This document shows, piece after piece, positions 49,892 through 63,432 of a stretch of 64,000 nucleotides of DNA. A program made the translations under genes and the position numbers. The notes under the pieces were generated by a model. The model made no database searches, was not told the DNA's origin, and was given only the letters and a program-made list of their open reading frames with translations. Source of the DNA: Takakia lepidozioides. Its lineage: Eukaryota > Plantae > Bryophyta. How positions within the stretch are numbered: position 1 is the stretch's first letter; each line of letters starts with the position of its first letter. The stretch is taken from the NCBI GenBank assembly GCA_030704615.1, contig CM060734.1:6758001-6822000 (forward strand), in the 5' to 3' direction.

Positions 49892-52300
49892 AAGCTCAAG
49901 ACAATAATTCATCCAGTTAGGGATTATACCTGGCATATTTTTCATCCGGTATGGATGAAATTCAAAACATATTCCATTAGGGATTAGAAAGAAGGTATTT
50001 CCAAACCAGGTGGGCTTAGGAATTTTTTTGTTAATCCCAAACAGATAATTGGAGAGAGGGAGAGAGAGGGAGAGAGGGGGCGCCCACCATCCAACCCCTG
50101 GTATGGCAATCCCTTATGGAGTGAGTGTGGTATGCACTCACCCCGTAAGGGAGTGCATACCAGACCCATTCTCATAAGGCTCTCCCTCTACAATGTAGTT
50201 CTATCCTTGGACTTGAATACCAAAAAGATAAAAGGTCTACATTCTCGCTGCCCTCAGATCACGAGTGAACATTGGCATAGCATAAATCAAACTTGGCAAG
50301 AATATAGAGTCATGCGTTTTCCATGTTACCTCTTATCTTGTCAACAAGCTCTTGTAAAGAAGCAGAGACCAAGGAAGGATCTCCGTGCGATGTAGTTTTA
50401 TCTTTGGTTAAAAAGCTACAGTCTCTGCTTCCCAAGTCAAGAGAAAATATGGACAAGACATTCATATAGTCGGGCACGCAAGAGTTCAGAAATTACAGGT
50501 GTTCTTCAACCGATGGCAGTAAATTACTGCACATTTTTCCACCATATCAGCCAACTTTATGGTTAGAACCGTTTTTCCAAAGGTATGAATAAGAACTTGT
50601 GCTCTTCAGCCAGTGGCAGTAGTCTACTGCCCGTGATTCACAACATGAACATGTGAATAAGAGCATTGGCAACAATCTGTTGCCCATCTTTTCACCATAT
50701 CAGCCAGCTTTATGGTTTTAAAACCAAATTTCCTTAAGGTATGAAAAAAGGACATATGACGTTACACCTGGGCATTTTTTTAGTGGTGCTATAAAGAGCA
50801 AACCCACATCCAGGAGAAGTATTAAAGCCCACGAGTAGGGAAGGCTTTTCATCGTAAGGGATCTGATGCTGACATAAGGCATCAACTACATGTTACCAGT
50901 TAACACGAGGAATGTGCATTGACCGGATCATGTAGAAGGTGTACACACATACTCTAACAGGTTGTTTTACCCGGGCCTAGCTCATAATATTAGTATGCAA
51001 GAAACCCTTAGATGTTCTTCAAGTAATATCAGCAATGTCTTTCTCTCGTTGCCCAATCCGCCAACAAATTTTTGTTGGAGAGGATCATCATACCTTACGA
51101 GGGATTTGTTGCTCCACACTATTGTCATGGAGGTATAGGGGGCTGATACCCCATGGCTTTCCTAGACCTCTGCAAAAGCCATTAAAGGTGTTAGTACATC
51201 ATAGTAAGAAAACTGGAAAATGGCAGGTGAGAGAGAGAGAGCGTGTGTACAGAAACCACTAAGTACGTTGGTCAAGAATAGAGAGGGAAGATACTATGTC
51301 TTGTCGGGACATGGACAAGACCAAACAAGGTCTTTGTCAAATGAACGACAAATCAGCCTCATAACAAGGCACTATCTAACTTCACCTTCCATAGGCAGTA
51401 TCTTACCTGATAAAAACCCATGTCATCTTCCTGAAAACACATGAAAAATCAGGGTGGGAGGGTGGGATTTCCAAGACAACCATCACCCTAGATTCAGATG
51501 TCATTCATCATTGAAGGAGTCTTGTTTTTCTTATAAAACAATCGGGACCAACACCACCTTTGGTACATACCATATCAGCATAAACACTTGAGCCTTTAAG
51601 AATGAGTTGCAGGTGTTGCAATTCCAAGAGCCCAGACCAGCCAGCATGCTATGTCTATGTTCCATGAATGCACAAAGGTCTGGATCTGGTTTTCCAATCA
51701 TCTCTCCAAAACTCAATCAGAGTGGAGTGCGACAATGAGCATAATCAGAACTTTATATACAACACCAGCTCAAAGGGTATTCCAAAAGGCTAGTTTGATA
51801 AGTTAAACCAGCCCCTATGTATTTTGAAAAAGCCAACAAGACCACTGCTTGGTATTCTTCCAAGTCAAGTACAGCTTGGTACTTTCCAAGTTAACATAGT
51901 AAAACTGAACCTGTTTCAAATTCAAAGGATGGTTCCAATGGCATCGCTTAAAACAGGTGTTATGTAATCTGAAAAGCCCATCACGCCAGCTGCTTGGTAA
52001 TCTCTAAGTTAAAACAGTGTAACCATGGCTGTTCTAAACTTAGAACTCTGACCTCAATGTTCAAAAAGTACCGCTTGGTACTTACCGTGTTAAATCAGCA
52101 TAAGATGCCTATCTTAAGCATCATTGGATAGCCTTATAAGGTCTGGAGATGGTACTCCAGCACCATATCAAAATGCAGCCGAAGCTCAGACTGGTATCAT
52201 GCCAGAAAACTGATTTACAATCAGGTCGAAAACCCCACTAATATGGTGCCAAAGTTCAGACCGGTATCATACCAGAAAACTGACTTATAATCAGGTTACA
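49892..52300 (-). mobile_element. Second diverged inverted relative of the array unit (internal region, PPT ~50180-50190, LTR starting at 50174)
   Basis: Reverse-complement matches at 50082-50170, 50783-51160, 51281-51375 and 51452-51467. The right boundary is uncertain. Confidence 0.75.
51840..52300. repeat. Short diverged direct repeats (GCTTGGTA..AAGT x4; GGTATCATRCCAGAAAACTGA..AATCAGGT x2)
   Basis: Read directly at ~51847, 51873, 51992, 52073 and ~52192, 52262. Confidence 0.7.
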
Positions 52301-52548
52301 ACCTGTTATACTCATATGCATGAAGAGCTTGTACTGGTAAAGAATTGGATTCCAAAGGATATTCTGTGGATCAAACTCACACCAAGAACAGCTTTCCAGA
52401 CTTGTTTGCCATATGGTTATATGGTAACGGAGACTTCTAGTATAGCCAAGGGTGCATTGAAGCTTGAAAGAAACCCAGGCATATATGAGAGATACTACAG
52501 AAGAGAGTTTTGGTTATTGCCACATTAAAGAAATGAAAGACATGGGAC

Positions 52549-54920
52549 ATGAGTGATGAAAGAGAAGCTAGACTCCAGAGATATTTAGCAAAAAGAGAAA
52601 GTTATCTGAAACCTAATTATCCATATCTTTGGGAGAGAGGAATAGACATAGGGGAATCATCTGGACCTCTCACACCATTAAGATCAGAGAGTACATCACC
52701 TATATCGGAAGAACTAGAGGTGGATGCCACTCCTTCTTTTTCTTTGCAAGAAAGATTAAGGGAATTGGTACGGGAAGAAGATCAACCACGAGGTGAAAGA
52801 TCTGAGGTACATCCCTGGATAAAAGATTTGACATAAATCTTTGATAAGAGTTGGCATGGAACACCAAAAGCAGGAACTCCAGTTTCTGAAACGGAAGGTG
52901 AAGAATGAGGAGAGGATGTGGCAGAGCCAACGGAGAGTTCAGACTCTCCAATACCATTGCAGTTGAGTTACATGAGTGAAGAAGAAACCCAAGGGCAGAA
53001 CTTGGAGGATGAAAACAGAGAGAAGGAATTGGAAGAGGAAGAGTATGAAGAAGTAGACCCAACAGCTGAGGTTGAGACTACAACCAGGACATCCCAACCC
53101 GTTGGACCTGGATCAAGTGGAGCACTTGGATCACAGGCTAACAAAGGTGTCGGCTCAGGGGGATCAGGCGGGCCGCCTGGATCTGGCTATGGGGGGACAG
53201 GGAGTGTGGAAAGTAGTGCAACTAGAGCTGGGAATACTGTGAATATTGTGGGGCCAGTAGCAGGGAGTGCTCAGGGGCCACCACTTGGTGGAAGATCCAC
53301 CACAACTACAACAGGTCCTCAAGGACCAGCACCAGCAAGGGGGCCAGCATTTGTCAGTGGGCAGAAGGTAGGGCCACAGATGGTGTTACAACCAACACGG
53401 GCAAAACCACATTTTCCAATATATTCAGGAAAAGGGGATCCTGATGTACACATTAGCCAATTTGAGCACATGTGTATTGTAAACAATGAGAATGGCGATG
53501 ATGCCAATATGAGATTGTTTCCTTGTTCACTTATCAAGAAAGCAAGTGAATGGTATGCAAGATTCCCTGATAATCATTTTCTAACCTGGAATGGCTTGAA
53601 TACAACATTCCGAAATAGGTTCAGGACAAGTAAAACTGAGGATGAAGTGTATGGAAGTTTACAATAGTTAAAGCAAAAGAAGCATGAAACTGTTGAGGAG
53701 TATATGGAAAAAATGGATTTGATGATGAAAAAGCTGGCTGCTGTACCAGCACCAGGTTTACAGAAGACTTGGTTTGTGAGTGGACTAAGACCAGAGTTGC
53801 AAAAGAAAGTGCATTTGAAACAGCGAACATAATTGAGCAATTGGGAATGCTCGGGAGAGAGAAAAGGGGACTCTGAGGATGAATCAGATGAGGAAGAAGA
53901 GCAAGAGCTGAAAAGGAAGAGTAAGAGAAAGGAGAAGTTGAAGAGGGATAAGTATGATAAAAGATTAGAAGAAATCTTGAAGAAGTATGCCACAGAGGCT
54001 GCAACACATTGGAGGAAGGGTGTTTGGTGTGCAAAGTGCCAGAATGAAGGCCATACCACCACTGAATGCCACATGAAGGAGAAACACTGTACTATCTGTA
54101 AAATGGATAACCATTCTACTGAGAATTGTTACTACAACAGAAGGACAGCAGCTAGAGAACCTCGGCAAGTAAGGGTGCATCAAGTGCAGCCCCAGCCAAG
54201 AAGAAACAGTGATCAAGACCACTATGGTAGGCCTGGTGGTTATAACAATGGCATGGAAAGGAGACGTAATTCAAGAGAGAATTACCAAGGAAATTCCAGA
54301 GGCAACTATCAAGGTAATCCAAGGGGGAATTACCAGCCAGGGTATAAGGATTACAGAAACAATTCCAGAACAGACCAAGGGCGAGGACCTAATGGGGAAG
54401 AACTGTATTACTATTGTAATCAGGCAGGCCATTGCAAGGCAGCCTGTCCATTCTGGATCAGACACCAGAATGAGATGAGAGCTCCTATGAATGAGGGGCC
54501 AGTGGTGGCAGCTCACATGGTTAGGCCATGTGTTGTACCAGAAGTAAGTACAACGATAGTAACGAGAAGCAAAGCCAAACTAATACCTCCAGTAGATGAG
54601 GAAGATGATGATAATGAAGATGGCAGTGATGTGCTTGAAGATGATGAGGCTTGGAGAGATGAGAAGGAACTGCACAAAGAAGTGGCAGATACCATAAGGG
54701 AAATGCAGAAGAGTACTGATATTCCTATGGCAGATTCCTCTGATTCTGAAAGAGAAGAGGAAGTGAGTGAGGATGAAGGGAAGAAAGAAGCTGTAGACAT
54801 GCAGAGTAATGAAGGGACTTTGGCTGAAGTAATATGCTAGTCCAAAGCGGAGATTACCATTGGAAAGCTATTGGCTGTGGCACATTATTGTAGACACAGG
54901 CTGTATCAAGCAATCAATTG
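52549..54920 (+). pseudogene. gag: gag (retrotransposon gag domain, three CCHC-type zinc knuckles) with premature stops
   Basis: PIYSGKGDPDVHISQF...LFPCSL..ASEWY...TWNGL..F; CAKCQNEGHTTTEC, CTICKMDNHSTENC and a degenerate YYYCNQAGHCKAAC. Confidence 0.88.
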
Positions 54921-55019
54921 AATTGCCCATGTGACAGGGAACACAGACCTGAATAGCAAGGTGATCAGTTATAATGTGAAGCCGGAAGGGCGAGAAACAG
55001 TCATGGACTTTGATGATTC

Positions 55020-58000
55020 TATGCCAATAATCCAATTGAGAATTGGAAGCACAGAACTAACTGATGTACTGATAGATGAGGCTCTGGAGTGAATATCATG
55101 ACAGAAAATTAAGGCAGAAGCTTGGTCTAAGTAACATGAAACCAGCCCCGTTTACAGTAACAATGGCAGATCAAAGAAGTGTACAGCCATTGGGATTGAT
55201 AAGAGGAGTTAAGATACAGATTCAAAAGATGATCTTTATGATCACAATAACTGTATTGAAAATGGATGAAGTCATGGAAGCTTACTCCTTATTGTTGGGA
55301 CGTCCGTGGCTGAAACAGGCCAGGGTATTCCATGACTGGAATTCCCAGTTACTAACTGTGCATAATGGGATGCACAAGATACAAATTACCACTAAGAAAT
55401 CTAGTAGATTACCTGCTACGAGAAGACCTCGAGGGGTCAGGGAGTATGACTGGAGGGGAGGACTGGATGAGAAGCAGGAAGCTACCTGTTCGCTGCACAC
55501 CCAGAGTGGGAGCAGGTTGCAGAGATGCAGCTGGAAGGCCTAAGTTGTTTAAAAGGTATCTGCTGTGGTGTAGTGACAGCAACACCAATTGAAGGTGAAA
55601 CAAGCAGTTACCCACCACATTTCTATGAAGAAAGAGAAGGAGAAATGGAAATCCTAGAGGAACCAGCCACTGTGAGTTTACAGGATGAAGTGGTGACTGG
55701 TTGGACAATCACAGCTGATGAGCAGGTGAGAGAAGTGAATGTGGGAACTGAAGAAGAACCGAGGATGGTGAAGGTAGGGGCTGATTTGGAGCCAGAATTC
55801 TTTGAGGAAGCTAAGAGTTTGTTCATCAAATACAGAGATGTATTTGCTTGGAGCTACGAGGATCTAAAAGGATACCACCTGAGATCTGTCAGCATAAGAT
55901 TGAACTGGAACCAGGGTCAGTACCAATCAAACAGGCAAGGTACAGAATGAATCCCAACTATGCACAGAAGGTTGGAGAAGAGATCAAGAAGTTGGCTGAG
56001 GCTAAGTTTATATACCCGATAGAGTATACAACTTGGTTGTCACCCATTGTGATAGTTCCCAAGAAGAATGGTAAACTGAGAGTTTGTGTGAACTATAAGA
56101 AGTTGAATGCTTGCACGAAGAAAGATCCTTTCCCTGTGCCATTCACAGAAGCGGTATTGGACACTGTGGCAGACCATGAGATGTACTCATTCATGGATGG
56201 CTTCAGTGGTTATAATCAAGTGCAAGTGGCAGAAGAAGACCAGGGAAAGACAGCTTTCATCACAGACTGGGGGTGCTTATGCATACAAAGTCATGCCTTT
56301 TGGACTTTGTAATGCACCAGCAACCTTTCAGAGAGTGATAAGTGAATCTTTTCATGAGTATCTGGATGATTTCATGCAGGTGTTCTTGGATGATTTCAGT
56401 GTGTACAGCTCTAAGAATGAGCACTTGCATAAATTGGAGTTATGTTTGGCCAGATGCAGGATGAGAGGTCTGGGCCTGAATCCAGAGAAGTGTACTTTCT
56501 GTGTGAACTCAGGGGTGCTTTTGGGACACATTGTGTGTAAGAGGGGACTTCTTGTGGATCCCAGGAAGACAGAGGCCATTAAAGCCTCTCCACCACCAGT
56601 AAATGTTAAGAGTCTAAGGAGATTCCTTGGACAAACCAGTTATTACAGAAGATTTGTCAAAAGGTATGCACAGATAGCAGCACCATTGAGCAAGCTTCTG
56701 AAGAAAGATGCAGTGTTTGCATGGACAGCTGAATGTCAACAGGCTTTTGAGGAACTTACATTGTCAGTAACAACTACACCTGTGCTGATTAACCCTCACT
56801 GGCATGTAGTATTTCATGTTCACTGTGATGCCTCAGGAGAAGCGTTGGGAGCGGTGTTAGCCCAAAATGTTACAGGAAATATAGATTCACCTGTGTACTA
56901 TGCTAGCAGGTTGATGAACAGTGCTGAAAGGAACTATAGCACAACTGAAAGAGAAGCACTGACAATGATTTATGCAGTCAAGAAATTCAGGCATTACCTA
57001 TTGGGAAGAAAGTTTATGTTTTATGTGGATCACCAGGCTCTGATATATCTGGTGAACAAACCTTTGATAAGTGGAAGGATAGCAAGGTGGTTAATAATCT
57101 TGCACGAGTTTGAGTTCGAAGTTGTTTACAAGCCTGGCCGTTTGCATCTTGTGGCAGATCATTTGTCACGCCTAACAACAGGAGAGCCCGCCACAGGAGT
57201 AGACGACCAATTACCTGATGCGAGTTTATTTGCAATGGAGGTGCAAGGAAGTGCAGATGAATGGTTAGATTGGCAGTGGCCAATCAGATACTACCTTACT
57301 CATGGTCAGTGCCCACCTAGTTATGGTAAGGAGCAGAGGAAGAGAATCGCTATCAAGGCTTTACCTTATACTATGGTAGGGGGCAGAATGTATAAGCTAG
57401 GACCTGATGGAGTACTTAAACGATGCTTGTACCACCATGAAGTAAATAAAGTTTTGGAGGAAGTTCATAAAGGAGTGGCTGGAGGTCATTTTGGAGAAGA
57501 GACTACCAGTAGGAAGATACTACTTGCAGGTTACTGGTGGCCTACTTTGTTCAAAGATGTACACAAGTATTGTCAGAGTTGTGATGAATGTCAGAGGCTA
57601 GGACCTTTGCAGAGATCTGGGAAGATGGCTTTGCATCCTACGATGCCTACTGAACCATTTCAGAAATGGGGACTAGACTTTGTTGGACCAATTAACCCAC
57701 CGGCCAAGAATACACAGAACAAGTATATAATTACAGCCACTGATTATACTATGAAGTGGGTGGAAGCTAAAGCTCTGAGGGACAACACAGCCAAGTCCAC
57801 AACAAGGTTCCTGTATGAGAACATACTTACACGATTTGGCTGTCCCTGGAATTTATCAGTGACCAGGGAAGTCACTTCATTAATGAGACCATTGAACTAT
57901 TGACTAAAGAGTTCATGATTGTGCATAGGAAGAGTACAACGTATTACCCACAGGGTAATGGGCAGGCAGAGGCTACCAACAAAATACTATGTACTATCTT

Positions 58001-58809
58001 GGCTAAGATAGTCAATGCAAACAGAACGGATTGGGATACAAAGCTGCTGACACTTTGTGGTCATACAGACTTCATATAAAGTCACCACTAAGTATACACC
58101 ATTCCAATTAGTTTATGGTATGGAAGCTTTACTTCCAGTGGAATTCTTGTTACCTACCATGAGAACTGAATGGGGAAAGAGAATGGAATTGGAAGATTCA
58201 ATTAAGGTCAGGAAACATGAATTATACCATGTGGAAGAAGTACGTGCTGATGCAGCTGATAACATGACCAGAATTCAGATGAAGAGGAAGGAACAGTTTG
58301 ATGAAGGCAAATTAAAGACTTTTAAGACGGGAGATTTGGTTCTCTGGTTGCAGAAGAAGGGGAAGATTAAAGCTTCTAAGCTTAAATCACCATGGAAGGA
58401 ACCTTATGTCATACAGAAGATGTATGATAACAACACAGCCATGTTACAAACCATTAACAAAGAGATGCTGGGAAGAGTCAATGCCAATAAGTTGAAGGGG
58501 TACAGTGGTATCCATGACAAACCATTGCAGCACGATTTGCATGTTGAAACGCAAAAGCAGTCACGGGCTGCGCCAGTGATACCAACGGAGTATGGAGCAC
58601 TTGTCGCTAAGCCGAGCATATATGACCAGGGCGGGAACTACATGTGTTTGCATACCTATCACAGCCCATCACAGCGTGACACAGCCTATCACAGCCCATC
58701 ACAGCGTGACACAACCTATCACAGCCCATCACAGCGTCACACAACCTATCACAGTGCCACACAGCCTATCACAGCCCAACACAGCCCATACAAATTACAC
58801 AGTCCATAG
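55020..58809 (+). pseudogene. pol: pol: aspartic protease, RT, RNase H, integrase, with frameshifts
   Basis: Protease VLID(G)GSGVNI (frameshifted at ~55080) and LLLGRPWL; [16 protein letters not shown] and FLDD; RNase [22 protein letters not shown]; integrase [27 protein letters not shown]. Confidence 0.95.
58655..58790 (+). repeat. 30-bp minisatellite (CCTATCACAGCCCATCACAGCGTGACACAG, ~4 copies)
   Basis: Direct repeats; translate as YHSPSQRDTT. Confidence 0.9.
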
Positions 58810-59563
58810 GGTCAGTGACAGGTGGACGCGAATTAACGGTAGAAAAGTGGCCATCAAGTGAAGAAAAAGTTTGGAAGTCAAACTTGGAGAATGTGCCACG
58901 CGGAGAGGGGAAGACGGGGGCATGTTTAGAAACGGACACGTGGCGGCGAAGGCGAAGCACACCGCGCTGCATCGATTGCAAAAGTGAGTTTCATCATGCA
59001 AGAGGACAAATCGGGCCGTCAAAGTACCTACCCGGTACAACAACTAATACTAATTGTGGGCCCATTAATGCATTCAGTGCCAGGGTAACGGAACCCTTTT
59101 CGAGTTCAGAAAAGGGAAACCTATGCCACATGTGCTGTCCTACTGGACATTCCAGGTGGAAATGTCCATGGAGGGGGGTGGAAATAAGGAATTATCTAAG
59201 CAGTCCACAGCCAATCAGGAGTGAGAATTACATGCAGGTGGTTCCCTCCAAGAAACAAGAACAAGAAATAAGAAGTGTTATGAGTGGAGTGGCTCTGAAT
59301 AGCCAAGCTCTCGACGGAAGGGGCAATCAAAGCACTAGCCTGGTAGCTATGGCAGATGTAACCGATTACACACTCGCTTTACTTCTCACGCAGTGGCGCA
59401 AGGACGGACGCATTGAGAGTATATTTTCTCTCACTCGTTACTTGCAAGCCCACAGGCTTACACGCACTTACCTGTTCCATTCTGTGCCAACCATACCTTC
59501 ATGCTCTGTGCCCTGCAAGCTTTCCTTCAGCTGTTTCAAACAAAGCCTTTCTGTTTGTCTAGA

Positions 59564-62500
59564 ATGAAGAGAGTGAGGGGAATGGAGGATATCAGGGTGA
59601 AGAGCACCACAATATTGCAGAAGCAAACAATTGCAGCACCGCAAGCAGTACAGCTGCTAAGGGAGTTGCGATTGGAGGGGCTGCTACGCAAGGACTGGTC
59701 CTTGCATCATCGGCAGTTCATGATACAATTTCTTCAGAACTTTGAGCCTCGGACGGGAGTTACTCAGGTGAGGGGAGTAGATATAGAAATTACTCCCCAG
59801 TACCTGCAGCAATTGTTTGATTTGCCATCAGGACATGTGGATGTGGATGAGCACAGGGCAAGATTGCAGATAGGGAATTTGTTCCAAGAAGGGAGTTTCT
59901 TTAAAACTCAAGTTACGCTTGTACCAAAGCCGAGTACCCAGGGCTTAGGGAAGTTGGCCAAATATTGAACGTTCTGTTTGCCATGAAACAGAACCAACAG
60001 TATTTGAGCAGGTCATTCACAGAGGAGATCCTGAAAGCTTTGAGGGGAGAGGATGTCGCTTGGGCGGAGTTAATGTACAATGGACTGGTGGACAAGATGA
60101 AGAGGTTACAGGGCACTGCTGCTAAGTCTCCGATCATTGTGTCTGGTCCAGTCATTGCCCAAATAATTCTTGATTCTTGCATACTTGATACTCGGGAACG
60201 TAAGGAGATGGGAGTGTTTGAGGCAGAAACCACTGCAATTGAAGAGCAGGGCTCTTCACACAGTGAGGGTGGACTGGCAGGGCAACACCAGTCTAAGAGA
60301 CAGAGGCGGGGTATGACTGTAGTGGCGGATCCACTGGCTTCACGGAAACCGCACGATAATGTTTCCCAAGCTCTTGTGCAAGATGGGGCACAGCAGCACA
60401 GAGAGCTGTTATTATTGGAAGCACAGCCTTCGGAAAGGGAAGAGGAAGTCACTTTGATACCACAGCCACCACAACCAATTGACTCAGTTGTTTTAGAGGT
60501 TCCACAGTTAGTACATGCTGTGACATCACCCCCAATTGCTCTGGAAGGAGAAAGGTTGGACATTCCCACTACAGAGCAGGTCGTGGCCGAAATTGAGAAG
60601 GGTGACCTTCTCTATGAAAACTCTGGCTTGGTAAGGGAATCAGTGATTCCAGAGGTGCAGCGGTTGTCCAGGGAAAACCTTGCTGTGCATGTAATACCCA
60701 CACCTGTGACGGAGGTACCAGGGGTAGAATATCAAGACACTGCAGCACTTGTGGCGGATGAGGTGGTTCAGGAAGAAAATCTGGTGGGGCAATGGCCTGA
60801 ATGGTTGGTGAGGCATCACACTGTCGAGGATCAGGAAGAACAGCAGCAAGCTCACCATGATGACCCTCAGCAGGCCATGCTTATGAGTTCCATAAGCAGA
60901 ACACTTAATTTGTTGGGCACTTATGTGAAATCCCATGTTCCATCTACCCAATTGGCAGCTTTGAGGGAGGAACTCAGGAGGGAGTTTGAGGCTCGACTTG
61001 CCACTGAGTGTGCTAACAAGGTAGATGAGGAGGTCAATCTCAAGTTACAGCAAGAGTTAGAGGACACAAAGGCTGCTTTGCAGTTGGCCAAGGGACATCT
61101 GATTGAAGCCGGCCTCGAGCAGGACCAGTTGCATGAAGCACATAAGCAACAGTTATATCAAATGCAGGTGAAGCATGAGGACAAGTTGCAAGAAGTGAAT
61201 GCACTACATACAGAGTTGCAGGTATGAGAGGATGACCATACAATGTGCTACACTCACAACTACTCTTGAGCAAACTGCATTAGAAGTTAACAGACAAGGG
61301 GAGAGATGTATGAAAGCAGAGGCAGAGATAATCGAGCAGGCAAAACTCATTGTTGATATGAAGAATACAATCTGTCGCAATGAGAATACTTTCAAGCAAT
61401 ACAGACAGGTTGAGGCTGACCAAGAGAGGTACATCCTGGAGTTGCAACAAACGGTCATGGTAAATAGAAATGAACTCTCTGTGGCTAACAAGGCTCGGAA
61501 GGAAGCCAATAATCTGGCTGCTGCTCATGCGAAGCGCATGGAGGCTTTACAGCAGCAGTTAGATGTGTACAAGCTCACAGAGGAGCAGACTCTCAGGGGT
61601 GCCACACACAACTTGGTGGATAACCACCTTATGCAGGTCTGGTTAGCACAAGGGCCAGTGGAAGGCAAAGCACCACGGAAGCTCACCCAGGGCGAGATGA
61701 ATGAGCTCAGACTGTAGGTGCAGAACATTGCCACAACTACTATAGACAATGTCTATAGTAAGATAGCGGAGCTACAGGAGGATGTAGAAGGCCTGCAGAC
61801 TCAGGTGGATGACCTGAGTTCAAATATTGACAAGAGAGTCTTTGTACCTGAGGAGCAGCTGATGGCTACTTATTTACAGGCCAGAACTCTAATTTTTCAG
61901 TCTTCTTCGCAAGGGGTGCAGGAGATGCCAGTGGTAGAAGGGCCTGTGGTACCAATACCACAACAAGTGACTTTGCAGGTAGCTGACCCTGTTGTTACAC
62001 TCGGGCTATGATTATGCCCTTCAACCAAATTCCCATTGTGTTGGATTTGGCTTGGAAGGAATTTAGTCCGCCACAGTCGTTGGCTCATTACTACCAGATC
62101 ATGCGCATTTGGCTGCCAGTGGCGACTAGGACTAAGGTTCTTCCGAACAATCGACCCATTGAGGATCATCACTTTGCGAGGTACTGGTCTGAAGCAGGTA
62201 CCATGTTGAAAGAATTAATTGCCTTCCAAGTTGTACATGGGTACATTTATACCAAAACCAAGGAGGTATTAAGTATTGTCATGGGCTGTGGATTATACTA
62301 TGCTGCTTGTTTTCTGGCACATTATCACATTGAGCAACAGAAGATGCAATCGCGATTTCTGAGTTATTCCAGTGGGGATCATTGGGTCTTACCTTCAGTG
62401 CCACCTCATATGTACCTATATGATGCAAAAGTTATGATGCAGAAGGATTCCCAACTTCGTTCATGGTTTCATTCGGCTTGGAACAATTTGACAACACAGA

Positions 62501-63009
62501 AATTCGGCCCTGAAGATATTTTCTTTAAGGGACATGAGGCATGGAAATACTTGCACTGTTCCCAAGTCATTGGCACACCTCTTACCTATATAGATAAGGA
62601 ATTCATGACGTTCACTAATTTTGCATGCCAGCGCTTACAACAAGTTGTACAATTTAAACTTCCAGATATGGTTGGACAACATTGTATGCCACACAGGATT
62701 CCACTTAAAGTTCGGCCGTTAAAACACCTGAGGGGCGACGAGGATTCTGATACTACTGTTTCTTCAGCGGACTCTTTTGACATGGCAGAGGACTATGTAC
62801 TTCAGATGGCAGAGAAGAAACGACGGGGATCTCCTATGCCTGAAAGGTTACCTCGTTATCAGCCAAAGGAGGGCCAGACATTTCCAGGTAGTGCTCAATC
62901 ATCTCCGTCAACCAGTGACAGGATTCGGGCTCGCACACGGAGTCCTTCACGAGACTCTCATCGTCGGAAGGGTGCTCACTCACAAAGGTTTGCTAATCCC
63001 AAACAGTAA
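59564..63009 (+). pseudogene. Large extra ORF 3' of pol (~1150 codons reconstructed) with a central coiled coil; interrupted
   Basis: Five abutting sense ORFs (59501, 59965, 61199, 61718, 62008). The N-terminal FMIQFLQNF...VRGVDIEITP..LQQLFDLP resembles Athila-type plant transposon ORF domains, followed by an E/Q/L-rich heptad region. Confidence 0.75.
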
Positions 63010-63167
63010 ACCGTGATGACACGGCTTTTTGAGAGAGAGAGGGGTAAATGTTAGAGGGCTGATTGGGACTTAGACGCTTTTACGGGTTCTGTGGGGTACC
63101 CTTAATTTTTGCGCAGACTGAGACCAACAGGAGCCTTAGGGGTGGCAGCAGCAGGCTTTAGGGGGGT

Positions 63168-63370
63168 TACACAGCCCGACACAGCTTTACACAGCCAGCC
63201 CGACATAGGCCAACACAGCCAGTCACAGGCCGACACAGCCCAACACAGCCAGTCACAGCCCGACACAGCTTCGCACAGCCCAACACAGCCGACACAGCCA
63301 GTCACAGCCCGACACAGCCTTACACAGCCAGTCACAGCTCGGCACAGCTTGACACAGCCTGTCACAGTAC
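63168..63370 (+). repeat. 10-bp-based minisatellite (CACAGCCNRR) in the 3' UTR
   Basis: About 20 CACAGC cores in tandem. Confidence 0.9.
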
Positions 63371-63432
63371 ATGGGGAACAGTTATCATGGGCAGGGAACG
63401 ACTATGAGGGAACGACATCTGCAGAAGGAACG

